Assembly: GCA_002633005.1 (NCBI GenBank)
Contig: NMRA01000034.1
Location: 767,766-831,765 of the forward strand
DNA: 64,000 nucleotides
Source: Phoronis australis
Taxonomy: Eukaryota; Animalia; Phoronida
Direction: 5' to 3'
The notes under the pieces were generated by a model that was given only the letters and a program-made list of their open reading frames with translations, was not told where the DNA came from and did not search any database. The first letter of the stretch is position 1. Each line of letters begins with the position of its first letter. The position numbers were made by a program, and so were the translations under genes. Of the stretch, positions 24,282 through 37,293 are shown in pieces.

Positions 24282-25028
24282 CTAGAAATGACAACAACAC
24301 GCACAAGCGTTAGTGGTCTTCCAAGCACGAAATATGTTATGCAACAATGAACCATGAAGTGATCTTATTACAACACGCGAAGCATAGTTTTCTTCTGAAT
24401 ACCACCAAAAAGAAACATTGATTGAACTACACAAAATGGTTTTGAAATTGAAACTTTGAAGCCCCATGCAATGCCATCTAGAAAACCATTACCATGGTTT
24501 GTGTTTTGTGTAGAACCCTTTGTTTTTGATTGTTACATACGACGAGTTGGCATTCCTAATTACAGGCAGGAACACTGCAGACAGAATGGAAGTCACTGAC
24601 AGCTTCAACAATACAAGACTTACTGTTGCTCATTCAATTCCATGCAACAATTTTTATACTTGAATAATTTGCAGTGTACTTTTGAGACACATGTGTCGTG
24701 GTACGTCTTCCATGTAGGACAGTACTGAAGAACAGTATTAACAACATGGTGTGGTTGCTTTTGGGTAAAATGCTAAAGGTAGTTGCACCTTATACAAAAT
24801 GGCTATTCTCAAGTTAACTTTTGAGACGAGTTAAGTGAGGAAGCCATCATATCAAAAATTAGTGCCATTCAAGTGACGACTGTTGGGCAATCTAAGGCAA
24901 ACTGTGGCAGCATGCTGTGTGTGAAGTTCAATTGTTGTTCGCGAGGTGTCAGCTACAACCTAGACGAGTTGAGTTGACTATGTCACCACATGTACTTTTA
25001 GTTCATCAAACATTGTGATCTGTTTTAC

Positions 25029-25161
25029 CTTTAATGCTGTGTTGAAGTCTTCGACAAGTTTCAGCCACTGTGCTGTCTGCTTTGCAAAGTGATTAGCATT
25101 GCTTTGTAATATTTTTGTTTCTGTGTCTAACTTCTTCTGATTAACGTAAGCATGAGCAACA
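25029..25161 (-). CDS. BLOC1S1: BLOC1S1 exon 3
   Basis: TTTCAG acceptor, GTAAAA donor, 133 nt; VAHAYVNQKKLDTETK...QWLKLVEDFNTALK. Confidence 0.96.
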
Positions 25162-26287
25162 CTGAAATTGAAAAACAAAAAATAAAGTGAATTTTTAAAA
25201 GCAAATTGTGTCCCACGAAGCAAGAACAGCAGCTATACCTTTTGGTTAACTGGACACTCCTAGAGTAATGCCAGGACTCCATTCATGAAGGGTGGGTATC
25301 ACAACATACAGCAGTGATATTTGCAAACTTTACGTTTATTACAATGGCCAATTACATCTATGTGCATTGAAGTGTTAATTTCAATTAAAAGTTAGTTGAA
25401 CCATTCTTACTGGTAACAAGGTATCTACACTACACATCAGAAGCCAAATATGGTGCAAAAGTGATTAGACTCCTCTGTGCCCAACAGAGCAAGCACACAG
25501 CTGGTAACTACTTCCATTTTGTATGCAGGTTTGCATCCACACTATGATTTGCTCTGAGGCAAATTACCCTAGAACAAGTTACTCTACCTCGATGAGGTGG
25601 GGTTACGTTGTCACAAATGTGCCAAGTTTTCCCAGCACAAATTGCGTCCACCTTACTAACCAGTAACTTGTTCTAAAGTAACCTGTAGTGTGGAGAGCAA
25701 CCATGAAATTTAACCTGGCCCAGGTCCATCACAGTAAATAGTACCAACGAGTCTGACCTCATGATAGCCAGCCAGCTACCTGTATGAAGACTAATTATAT
25801 CAAAATACAGCTAGGGACCACTGTGTGTTAACTTCATTTAGACCTCGATAATTCACTCCGCCAGGTAGTTCTGCTCGTCAGCTTGTTGTGAAACCCATAT
25901 CAACACCTAGGGGCATATGCAAAATCTGGGATTCAACCAAACCTCTCCCCACCTTGCCCGTTTAGCAGCAGAATAATGGTAGAACAGCAATTTTTCAGCA
26001 CTGGTAACTAATTTACTATAGCTTAAACAAGGAACAGTGTAATTTTTAGTATAACAATAATTTTGTGTCACATTTTATTTGGCCAATTTTTATCATTATC
26101 AAATTACAAAGCTGTATACTTAATATGCAATTTTGCAACAAAACTAATGCCATGAGTGAACACTTATGTCATAACTAGATAAGTCCCAGATAGTAATGCT
26201 AAACCTAACTGGAACAAGTCTTAATAGTTGAAAACAATGTCTTCTACGTAATTGTAACCCCTTCAAAGAAGCTGTTGATGGACTTAC

Positions 26288-26360
26288 CCCGAGTTCAGAT
26301 GATCAACCAATGCATGTGTTAGGTGACTGGCTGCAGCACAAGCTTCTTTTCGCCGTTTTT
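26288..26360 (-). CDS. BLOC1S1: BLOC1S1 exon 2
   Basis: CTCTAG acceptor, GTAAGT donor, 73 nt; KRRKEACAAASHLTHALVDHLNS. Confidence 0.95.
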
Positions 26361-27576
26361 CTAGAGACAGGCCAACAGAAAGATGTAGAGAAACATAAAA
26401 GTGTAATTTCAAAGTTTAAAAAAAATCTTTGTTATCACAACGTGGTCAATTCACCATTGTTGCACGGAGGCATGTTCACATACTTTGTGTAAAAATTCCG
26501 ACATAATTTAAAAATGTCTGTGAATGAAAGAATCGTATCGCCTTTTGTCTGTCTTAGCCACCAGAATTTCATTTTTTTAACCAGAAGTTGCCATTGTGTT
26601 TTGACAATGCTAACGAGTTCTAGATCCAATGTTTCCCACTACCAACTAAGTATGAATTGCCGATTAACTGGGGTAGGTTTGTCACAGACTAAGAATATAA
26701 TGGTGGTTAGCTCAACAAGCGTAAGACTCATGACTCTCAAGGAGAATCATAGAGAGGCCAAGAAGATGTATTTCACTTAGACAGAACAGTGTCCACTCAA
26801 AACTTCCCATGTGCATAGTGGCACTATCCTTTTGTGCTTGGGAAGCTTTGGGCAAATTGAGCTTTGTTCTGGCTTTATCACCATGGTCAGGTTGTGAGCC
26901 TATTACTACTAAATGTAATCTGAATCTTACACATTGTGTGCCACACTTAGTGAATTTTCCAATTTCAAGACACGCAGAAGTACTTGACGCAAAAACTAAT
27001 AAAAATTGGAAACTCAAGCCGTAAAATTTCTCTTAACATTATTGAGCTTTGTGGCTCCTTTAACTTGAAATAATGTTTGCTAGAGTCAGTTAGTCATTAA
27101 GCAATGACAGGAGAAATTTTGTAGTGAGCTTAAAGAAATTTTTAATATCTGCAAGCCGCAAGCACTTCAAATGCTGCATAAATGAAAATGTTCATCATCT
27201 TTCCAAATCCATGCAATATGCCATGTATGGTTGGAAATTTTTTAGTTAAGTTTTGCAGTCACATCCCCGATAATCTGGAGTGAGTTGAAGAACACTTATC
27301 ACTCAAGAGTTCCAGGGGCTTCTGAAAGAGCACCAAGGGGGTTGTGTTGTGCTATAAAACCTCTCTAAATCACTTGCCAATAGGCAATTGCCTATTGGCC
27401 AATGGATATGGACGCTTGACTCGTATACTAGTGGCCTGTGTTCGATATGCAAATTGACAGGTGGGTTTTTCTACACTGGAGATCAACTACTAGTAAGGCA
27501 AGACCCACGAAACACAGAGATGTTCAAAAGACTTCCAAGTGGTATAGGGTAGCCTTCCGCAGACCCAGTTTCTTAA

Positions 27577-28662
27577 AGAGTTACCACCATGCATTTTCCT
27601 AGTTTTTGAGGTTTCAGTTAGCTAATATGGAATGAATACCATAACATCTAACTAACAAAAATTAGTTATTTCCAAGTTTCCTGCCAAATGTAATGGGTGG
27701 AAGACGTTTGGTCACTTGACAATCCATTGCAATGGTCTAACACAGCAGATCAGAAGACGAAGACAACTATGAGCGAGAACTGAACAATAATTAAGCAGAC
27801 AGAAAGTAGAGTGGATACCAAATTCAACCTCAAATAGTTGAAGAATCAGACAATGAATTCGATTTCCCACTTAACAAAATTCGGTCGGCTTTGAGGCCGT
27901 ATGAACTCAACCCACTTGCACAAGAAACCCTACAGACATGTCTGAGCCACAATCAACTGAACCAACGGGTGGTCAATAGTCACAAAATAGACAATTAATA
28001 ATCACTAGCAATGGCCACAGTAAACCTGAGTCACTTGTATTCACTGTTGCCATGATGGAATGAGCACGATCTAAATACAATTCCATAAGCCTACGTGTCG
28101 TAGCACTCGATTTGGGACAGGGTTGAGGGCCTGGCATCACTCGTCCTAGAACGGAAGCAGTTTCAATTTTCGTTATTTCTAAAATTTTCTAACACACTTA
28201 CAAGGTGGCAAGCCCTTCATCGTAACGCCGCTTTTGTGTTTGGTTGAAACACGATTCCTTGAAATGTACGGAACAAAGTGTGGCTCATGACTGAATAGCA
28301 TGTTGCACGCTACATTCCACACTCTCGTGCGGTGCACAAACCGATGCCACTTCTGTGCAACTTTCACAAATTTATGGACTTTGAACACAGAGACATTCTC
28401 CATCTCGTTGCTGTTACTACATCTTTCACAAACACAACTTTTCATGTCTGAAAAAGGCGGCTCTCCGTGGACATTCCTCGCAACTCCTCAATGTCGCACT
28501 GGCATAAAATAACAACCGCGGAGAGTCTTCCATCCGTTACATACAACTCCGATAAAAGAATTTAAAAAAAATATTTGGCTCGTTTCTTAGCCACAGGTAT
28601 ATTAAAGACTATTAAATCTCTTATGGTGTATTGATAAGACACAAGGTCATAATGGGAGCTCT
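27577..28662 (-). mobile_element. Kolobok-like non-autonomous transposon with THAP-domain relic
   Basis: TTAA on both sides (27573-27576, 28663-28666); imperfect TIRs AGAGTTACCACCATG / CATAATGGGAGCTCT; minus ORF 28445-28179 resembles a THAP domain. Confidence 0.5.
28179..28445 (-). pseudogene. Degenerate THAP zinc-finger domain (transposase N-terminus)
   Basis: MKSCVCERCSN...VSVFKV...KWHRFVHRTRVWN...LFSHEPHF follows the THAP pattern CxxxxC...FP...W...CSxHF, with the third Cys lost. Confidence 0.6.
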
Positions 28663-28974
28663 TTAAGAGAAAAGCAAGATATCCCTATGCATTTCAGGCC
28701 AAGCACATGATCACACTAGCTCTAGCCTTTACTCCTAAAATTTTTGCGAGAACTGAATGCAACGCTAGGACCTCGCTAAAATCTAGCCACAATCACGGGT
28801 TCTCATTTAAAATACAAGGCAATATTTCATGTAATCTTTCAAAGTCTTGCCTTTTACCGAGGTCCGACCGTTACTGAACTCTAGCCATGCTTGCTAACAA
28901 CAGAAAACATTACATTGTCACTGGCTTTGAGTTGAGTTAGATTGTGTTCGACTTCAAAACTTCCGCGATTATAC

Positions 28975-29035
28975 CTTGTTCTTCTTTCCGGTGTTGCTGT
29001 TTAATATTATGCTCCTTAAGTAAAGCTGACAACAT
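28975..29035 (-). CDS. BLOC1S1: BLOC1S1 exon 1 (MLSALLKEHNIKQQHRKEEQ)
   Basis: ATG 29035-29033, donor G|GTATAA in phase 1; MLSxLLKEH N-terminus. Confidence 0.95.
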
Positions 29036-29421
29036 TATCGTTTCGCAGAATACCACTTAATTAACTAAACAAGGCTACATAAGCAGATGAGTCACACATT
29101 TGCCATTCTTCTGCAAAATTTGGAAGGCAAAACGAGAAACACAGCAAAGCTCTGAGATCCGGAAGTGTTGAGTTGCACACAAACTTATTTTATTCATTCG
29201 CACAAAATAAGTGGGTCAAATAAATATCTCTAATATGTAAGACAGAACATCATATATATTTACAATTTAGTAATTATAATACAAAAATTAACATGAAAAT
29301 TAGATTATTTATTTCCAATCTACTGTTTGACTGGAAAACCAGTTTGTACTAGTTTTTATTGAATTCTTGCGCGTCTCCTATGCTCGCTTGTGTTCGCGCA
29401 CCTGAACGAGACTTTCTGAAA
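29036..29421. promoter_or_regulatory. Bidirectional promoter between BLOC1S1 and integrin alpha
   Basis: 386 bp between divergent ATGs; ETS/GABP site CCGGAAGTG at 29159-29167; AP-1 site TGAGTCA at 29088-29094. Confidence 0.7.
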
Positions 29422-29588
29422 ATGGAGTGGAAGAGGCTAGTTGTGTGTTTGGTCTTCTGTGTTTCCCTTTGCCATGAACTTTTAGCGTTTAATTTGGAAC
29501 CAAGGTTAGCTATCGTAAAAGAAGGACCAGAAAACTCTTATTTTGGATATGCCACAGCACCTCATATTGTTGATGGAGGGGGAAGTTT
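29422..29588 (+). CDS. Integrin alpha exon 1 (signal peptide + FNLEPRLAIVKEGPENSYFGYATAPH)
   Basis: ATG 29422; hydrophobic leader; FNL mature start; donor TT|GTAAGT, phase 2. Confidence 0.93.
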
Positions 29589-30515
29589 GTAAGTAGCACG
29601 ACAACTCCTTTTTTGTTTCACACCTGTGTGGATTTTCAGGATTTTGACCGCCGTTTGTGTTTACTTTTTAAGTTCTGTTTCTTTAAGGCCCCAGTTGGAC
29701 CTGGTCGTGTTAAAACTTGATAATGTGATTTCTCTGCTCCATTCACTCATACGTGAATAATTTATTTCGTCTATTTTGAAAATTAATGTTTAATTTTGAC
29801 GTGCTAGACACTAATGTAGCTCTAACTCAGTCGTAAACTGTGGCACTGGAGTGGCCAGGGGCAGGGTACCGGGTAGGCCTAGTTCACAAAAGCAGATAGT
29901 TTACTATATTTAGGTCAGTTGTCTGTTTATCGGGAGATGTACTTTTTGAATGTTTTCTTCTGTAAATTGTAATGCACTTGTAATTCAGCATTTGAACAAA
30001 TTTCAACTGTCAGGGAGTAGCAACATCTCTGCACTTGGATTCGTCACAGATTGATTCACGCACGTGCATCGCATTATAAATTGATATGTAACTACTGGTT
30101 TTTGTTGCATTTAATGATTAAACATTGTGTGCGAAGAAAAGATGGATTTGCTCAGTAACTAATCTTATGTTTCAAGTGTGGGATATTTTATATGTGGTTG
30201 TGCTGATTTAATTTGAACTGAGTTCAGTTAACCCAATCTCTCATGTTCCAGAGTAAACCCAGCTCTTTCTTCAGAACTTGAAAATTTTGGCCTCATACAA
30301 AGATATTAGAGTAATGTTTAAAAATACTAAATAGTCGTAGAAATGGGTGTGTTGGACTCATTTTATCAATGCCATTTATGTTGACCTATCGGCTTTGGAT
30401 CTGAGATTTTGACCAGGGTCACTCTGCAAAGGGAACTGGGGCTTGAAGTTTTTCTCTTATAGCAAATTTAAAAGTGATCAAGTGGAGGGTGCTCCAGACC
30501 ATCTGGAGCCCTTCT

Positions 30516-30656
30516 GGGTAAAAGTGGAGTAAACGGTCCGTCTTGAATATTACTGTCGGGAATCAGTTTTCACTAAATAATGGCAATGTCTGTTATTCAT
30601 TGAAACTGGTTCCCAGTGGCCGTTTTGGAGAGGGACCTGTTCACTCCACTTTACCC
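30516..30656. mobile_element. About 140-bp MITE-like element; related fragment near 45506-45570
   Basis: Inverted ends GGGTAAAAGTGGAGTAAACGGTCC / GGACCTGTTCACTCCACTTTACCC; the internal GGCAATG..TGAAACTGGTTCCC stretch recurs near 45506. Confidence 0.5.
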
Positions 30657-33600
30657 CCTGCTATGTCCTCACCATCCAGTGTTAATGAAAATACTTAAGA
30701 AATCTTTGTAATCATGTAGCACCTCAGTGTTTTAGTCTTAATCATTCAGTTTCAGTTGAATTCATCTTGTTATTTTGTGACTGTGTCTTTGCTTAGCACT
30801 GATTTCTCCTTGAAGTGTTTGTGATTATTTAGATTTGCCATTCCTTCACCTGAAGGTGATCATTGTAAAGGTTGTTTTTCTTCATACCTCTCTCACCTTA
30901 AACATATGATTCAGCTCGTAACTGTGCTCAAATGCCAAAAGGTCACTTGCAACTGTGATAAGGATGGGTTTGTTTGTAAAACTGGGGAATCACGAATTAT
31001 TCATGCCTGATAAGATGCTGTCTGTCATCCCGTGAGGTAAAATTCAGAGCCAGTTGGGGGGCAAAAATAATTTCCAAAGTTGTCTTCTTTTCAGTTTTCA
31101 ATGATTTCTAACATTTTGTTGGGGATGATGATAGCTTTGAAAATAATGTCTGATAGTATGTATGGTGCTGAACAGACAAAATGAAATTTCCCTTGTCTGC
31201 CACATAATGTAAATAAATTGATTGAGATTTGCCCTAAAGTGTTTTAACCAATTACATTTTTTTANCGTGCAAATTCAGTTTCCAAATATATTGACCGCAC
31301 TGAGTGATCCAAGTCTGAGGGAAATGTTTTTAAAAATATAATTTCAAAACATTTCTGTCTGTCCTTGTCAACCCTGTGTGAATGGAGAATGTCACAAACT
31401 GTTGTGAGACATTTTAGTGGCTGCAGACAGTGTTATGGTATGGAATGAAAAAATATGGAAAACCCAGTGTTTTAACTAACCAAGACAGTTGTTTTATTTA
31501 ATTGTGTAGTGCGCTGACATCTAGAATTGGGCATATGAGTCTACAGTTATGCACAACACTTTTAGAGTAAAACCAGTAAAAGAGGCCTTTTTTGCTGTCG
31601 CATTAATCAACATATGGCAGAGAGGACTTCTTTTATGTCAGTTTTCACTGAAAATAATTTGGTGATGAGAAAACAAATGTGCTGCTAGTGAAAACGACCT
31701 GTGTAGACAGCTTGTCTGTCTGAGGAGACCACAAAGGTTTTCGAAAGTGTTTTAGTTTGAAAATACAGCATATTTTGTCTCTCATGTGAACATAATATTT
31801 TTGTGCATGAGCCTATGTGTTGAGTACTTTAGCAAACCAAAAATTCTTGGAAAATGCTTCATTTGGGGCAAAACGCATTATTTTGATCTTCCTATGAATC
31901 TGCACATGGCATTTGTCTGGAAATGTGATCCGTTAATTTGTTTATAATGTTAACAATTTTCAGAGCTGGTAATCCCTATTTTATATGTGGCTGTCTGGGG
32001 TAGCTTGGCCAGATTAAGAAAAATTGGAAACTATATCTGTGGGAACATAGTAAATTGTTCTCCTGTTTGGGATAGTCTCAGACATTTGTGACAGTCGAGT
32101 TCAACCCAAAATATGAATTTTCTTGATTCTGAATTATTGGGACACGAGAAGAGTTGCGCAACTTCTGTTCCTGTTGCGGGAGTCCCATGGGAGTAATCAT
32201 TTGAGGTCATGGCTCGTTATATAAGCATGCAGAGTCAACTGTTGCACTGTCTGGTGTTTAGTTAGAGAAGTAGAAATAAGTCCAATGCCACTGGTTCACT
32301 AAGTTATGTGACTGAGAAAGATCTAGAGAAGTTGGGTTGGAATTTTGATAGACTTAAAGTTTCTCTAATGGGAAATGGTATGTAGTCGCTATTAGTTGAT
32401 GTGGGGGATGCGAACTTACTTATCTAATGATTCCAGTTCTACATGCGAAATTGTTTTTGAATGGTTTCCGTGTTGAAACTTCTTAGTTGAGGAAGTTAAT
32501 GGTCAAAATTCATGTGATGAGCATACAACTATTTTTAAGATGTTCGTTAGCCACTGTGAATCTTATTTGTAGCTGTTCGATTAATTTGGCACTCCAGAGG
32601 CCTGTTTCTTGAATAGTCTATTTAGCCAAAAGTTGATTTTTTGTCTTTCGACTTTTAGTCCTTGTCCTGATTTCATGAAATAGGCTAATCCATCTATTAA
32701 CTGATTTTTAGACAAAAGTTAAAGAAACAGCCCCAAGATGAAATGGGCACTGATTGACGTGAGAATGCTAATATTAAGTTCACACTGATGGCTGAAATGG
32801 TAGCTGTTTTCAGTCACAAAAAACACTGGCGTCTTGGTCAGGTAGATATATTGTCTGCCATTGGGTCATTTTCACCTGTGTACTTTATTTTCTTTCTTAC
32901 GATACCTATCCTTTTTAAAGTTGGAATCAATTTTTAGCATGTTCTCACTCCTCCAACAGTGTTGGGGCTTTTTACAAGCCACTCTAAAAGTGCCTGCAAA
33001 TGCATCCCTTGCAATTGTTCACATTGCTGGCGTTTTTCTTGTTAACGAGCCAAATTGTGAATGATTATAAATATGAAATCCCAGCTGCATTTTGAGATCT
33101 CTGACTATATTGTAATTATCCACTTATTATGCTAGAAAATTGAGAAAATGGTTGTTTTTCCATTTTTCAAATGCTGATTACTTTGCTACAAATAAGGGAA
33201 ACTTTACTAAATGTTGTTTTATGATAACTACTTAGTACAAACCGTGGTGGTTATAGATTAAAATGGTCTTAATCTTTACTCTTGTGGAGAAATGTGACAA
33301 AATAGGATTTTTGTTTTTGGTCATATTGTGTGCTGAATACATGAAGAAATTACAGCAACACGTCTCGAGAAGGTAAGGTACATCAAAACATCATGGTCAG
33401 TTTCTTAATACAGTCATAAGGTGTCACTCTGAGTCTGATGATGAACCTAGTGGGTGCGTTTGAGATTCTTCCGGAACTGAAATGTAAAAAGTGAGGAGCA
33501 TTCTGGAACCCTTGCCTCTTGGGTTGGTGCCTGAATTATGAAATCTCAAAATTACATTTTAGATTTTTGTTTACATGTTAAGTTATCAACAGCAGTCATA

Positions 33601-33699
33601 TGCAGAAATGTTGACCGGAGATAAAATTTAGTTTTGATTTTGAGGCAGTCTCCAAAATGGACTGCACGGTACCTAAACTACATGGTTAACAGACTCATA

Positions 33700-34117
33700 A
33701 ACATGGTCACAGACGCATGAACACTACTCACGTACCTGCAAACACCGTTCACTGACTCACAAACACGGGAACGGACTCATAAAACACGATCCATTCACCC
33801 AAATACACGGGATACAGACTCACATTCAAAAGAAACCCGGTTAACGGACCGCCAAACACGGTTTACGAACAAAATGTAGATGTCAGCTGACCCAGGAAGC
33901 CGATGAGTCCGTGACCCGTGTGACCCGTGTTTATGGCATGCTTTATCGGAGTGAACCGTGTTTGGTGGTCCGTTAACCGTGTTTCTTTGTGTATGTGAGC
34001 CCGTGTCCTGTGTATTTGGGTGAATGAATTGTGTTTTGAAAGTCCGTTCCCGTGTTTGTGAATCAGTGAACGGTGTTTGCAGGTAGTGAGTCGTGTTCAT
34101 GCGTCCGTGACCATGTT
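33700..34117. mobile_element. Foldback-type element with about 165-bp inverted arms built from AAACACGG subrepeats
   Basis: 33700 to about 33865 is the imperfect reverse complement of about 33953 to 34117, with a spacer of about 90 bp. Confidence 0.85.
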
Positions 34118-37100
34118 CCTCCACGTTGCTTTCAACAAATTGTGTTGAATGAGGGACTGCTGCTGAACTAAACAAGTATCTGACTACACAAATTAACAGT
34201 CAAGAATTTATTTCTAGGTCAATAGCTGTAAAATATTCATGGAATTAGTGGGGGCTGTTGGAAGCTTCTGACCTATGTTTAGAAATAGGATAGCTGTTCC
34301 TGTTACGTTTTCCCAAATATTATTCTTGTTAAGGGTGAAATTGTGAATCTTGAATTTTTGATGGCAGTCTCCTGAGTAGCAGAGGGGTATAGAAGGAAAA
34401 TAAGGATACCCACCTATTTATAGAGTGGATTCGAAAAAGGACCCATTCATCGGGAGCTTCCATGAAAAAGTCACGTGTTTTGCAACACAACTTTTGAAAT
34501 CTTTTAATATGTTGGAATCACTTCTGAAGATTTTTGTTTATTGGAAAGTGAAACTTTTTATTTTTAAAATCCTAAAGGTAAATACTTTTGCAGGGGATCA
34601 CATCAGAAGACATCCTTTGGTAAGCAACTTTGTTAGGAAAGGCTCCCTCTCACATTGAATCTGATTGTGAAAAAATCACCCATCTTGTATACCTCTTCTG
34701 TGGGAATACTCCTTCCAGGCTAAAGCATAGGTTACAATGTGTCGTGTGTTTGAGTGAAAACAGTTGGACACACATTCCAGATTAATGAGGAACACATTGT
34801 AGGCTAGTGATAGGTCTGTAACCCCTCTGGACCTACTGATGTGCAGTTAACTGGCTCACTTGGCCAATGGACTCTTAACTGCCTTGATATCACTTAAATG
34901 TGTTTCTGACCATGCTGTCAGTTTTAAAATGTCATTTGTGGTGGATAAGAAGCTCTGTTTACTTTCCAAATGAAAGGTGGACATTTTTAACCCGAAGGCA
35001 TGATTTAGCAGGCTGCTTAAAATGCAATAATTGGTTTTTAAAGATATTATGTGCTTTATCATGCACGCAGGTGTCAGAAATTCGGTGTCTTGGCTGGTGG
35101 TACGCTTATGGTGTAGTGCATTTTGGTGAAAACGTTTCAGTTTGAACATGAAAGATATTCTTTTAAATTCTGCCTTAAATATTGTACTCAGTGTTCTGCC
35201 TTGCAGCCTTAGTCACCAAAACGGACGTCGTATTCACTCGATGAAACATCATGAACACTCAGGTGAATGCCCTGTTGATGTTGTCACTCATTGTTTCTGT
35301 CTAATAATGGGTTACTCTAGTGGGTCATATGTTCAAGGCTGGATACTTGGATTGATAAAATGTTTGTTTTTGCCTTCATCACCTAAATCCATCTTCACAT
35401 GCCGAGTTTGTGGGTGGCAACATGAGCTTTCCTGGGCTCAGCTTTCCAAAGTATTGAATCAACTGTATGAAACAGAAAGGTCTGGATTTTGAATGTTGAA
35501 ATAACTTACCAAAAACCAATGTGTCAAGCTGCGAATTCTGAAGTTATTTTTTCTGAAGTCTGCAAAAAATGTCAGTTGTACGACAAAGTTTGTTGGCGTT
35601 TGTTAGTTTGCTTTTGGTAAATCCCCACTTGTTTACTGGTTGTACACAATAGAACTCTAGAGACAAGTAGTATCCACTGTTAAATTTCTCAACAAAAATA
35701 AGGAAATATTACAGTTAAGTTGAAGCCTTTGAGAAAAGGAAAATGTCAATTTTGACAATTAACTGTGTTTGAAATAACTACCAGGATTTCGGCAGTGTGA
35801 CTTATGTTAAAAAGCCATGGTGGGCATTCTGATGGAGAATGCATGTCAGCCTCCCTTCACAGAGGATGATCTGGCATGCTGTTTTTAATTTGTTCCAGAG
35901 AGAATATCACTGTTATGTAACTGGTGATAGGTTTCAATAACAAACCTATTAATTTGGCTATTTGGAATTAATGGGTGTCAATTAGAGAATGTAACAGATC
36001 TTTATCTGACCATGCCACTGACTGGTGTTCATTGTTAGCTAGTACATGATGGAATGCCACAGTGATATCTGTTTTGCTAACTTTTAAAGGGTTTTGGTTG
36101 AGTGACTGAACAAAGCTGCCTCTTGGTGGTGTGGAAGTGAAACCCAGTGACAGCCCAGTTAGTAGAAATTCTGCTTTGGTAAATACCACAATGTCACAAA
36201 ATGGCTTGTGTTGACAGAATGGCTTGTGTTATGATAGATTGAAGAAACAGGTTTGGTATTTAAAAACTCTCTTCATGTGTGTGTCATCATTCTGTGAAGC
36301 CTGTCTTGATGTCATTTTGGATTACTCAACTTGACTTTTTTGCACATTTAATCATCCTGATGACTGACAAGGCAGCTGGACTTTTGTTGAACTCTGGGAA
36401 GCCACTGGTCTTCTGAGTCCACCAACTGTTCACTATTATGAGTCATAGCACAGTGGCTTAATCCTATATCCACTAATCACCATCCATCATTATAATTGCT
36501 AATTAGGTCTGCCTCGGTTTGTTGTAGATGGCCAATTGTCTCTCTAAATTGGGTCATAGTTTTCTGCATTAGGCATTGATATAAAGTGTGAAATATTTCT
36601 CACTTCTTTCTGCAGTTAATGTTACTACTAACATTATTACTCTGTTATTAACATAATTATGTGGTGTACATAACTGATGATGGATGAGTTATGTGTAGTT
36701 GCTCCCTGCATAAGTGCTGTCTGGTGTTATATTGTGTAATTTGTCTTTTGTTGTATGGCTTGGCTGTCTGTCATCTGGAGTGCATACTGTAGACCTTGTA
36801 CAAGTGCAGTGGACCATTTTCCTGGTCACATAAAATTGTGCAATTTCAATACAGAATGAGAATGGTGAACATAATAGTTAAATCAATGTCTTGTGTTACA
36901 GACTGCATCTGCTGTTGTAGCATGTGCTGTAATTTGATGAATGGTAATTTCATATTTAGTTTCCTCTCCCACCAATTTCACCTCAGTATCTTGTATTGGT
37001 TGTAAAATTTCATCTAGCTTTGATGGTTTGCCAAACAGACTAAATTGATGTTTCATAAATTGGTTTATTTTTTCCTAAATATGAATATGTACTATTGGAA

Positions 37101-37293
37101 AGTGATAGAACTGAAAGACTCATTACTTGTATGTTTTATCATTCTGTTTGTTTCAAAAGAAAAAATCTATGTGGTAGCTTGAGGAAATGCCCAATGGCTT
37201 TAACCATCTTCATGTTTTAAGTAAACTCTTTTTTACATTCTTTTCATGTTTTTTACTTCTAAATCAGGGATCTTTTTCTAGAAACATGACTAT

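Larger units (their letters stand above)
24186..29035 (-). other. BLOC1S1: BLOC1S1 (BLOS1/GCN5L1) gene span; BLOC-1/BORC subunit 1
   Basis: Four GT-AG exons give MLSALLKEH...LVDHLNSGVAHAYVNQKKLD...ALKEIGDVENWARSMETDMRTISSALEYAYKG. Confidence 0.95.

Noticed and set aside
33428-33470. Hammerhead-like CTGATGA-T-GAACC/GGTGC
   Set aside because: No GAAA after stem II and the stem is mismatched; cannot be supported.
33795-34175. 126-aa minus-strand ORF
   Set aside because: Arises from foldback subrepeats; no domain or splice support.
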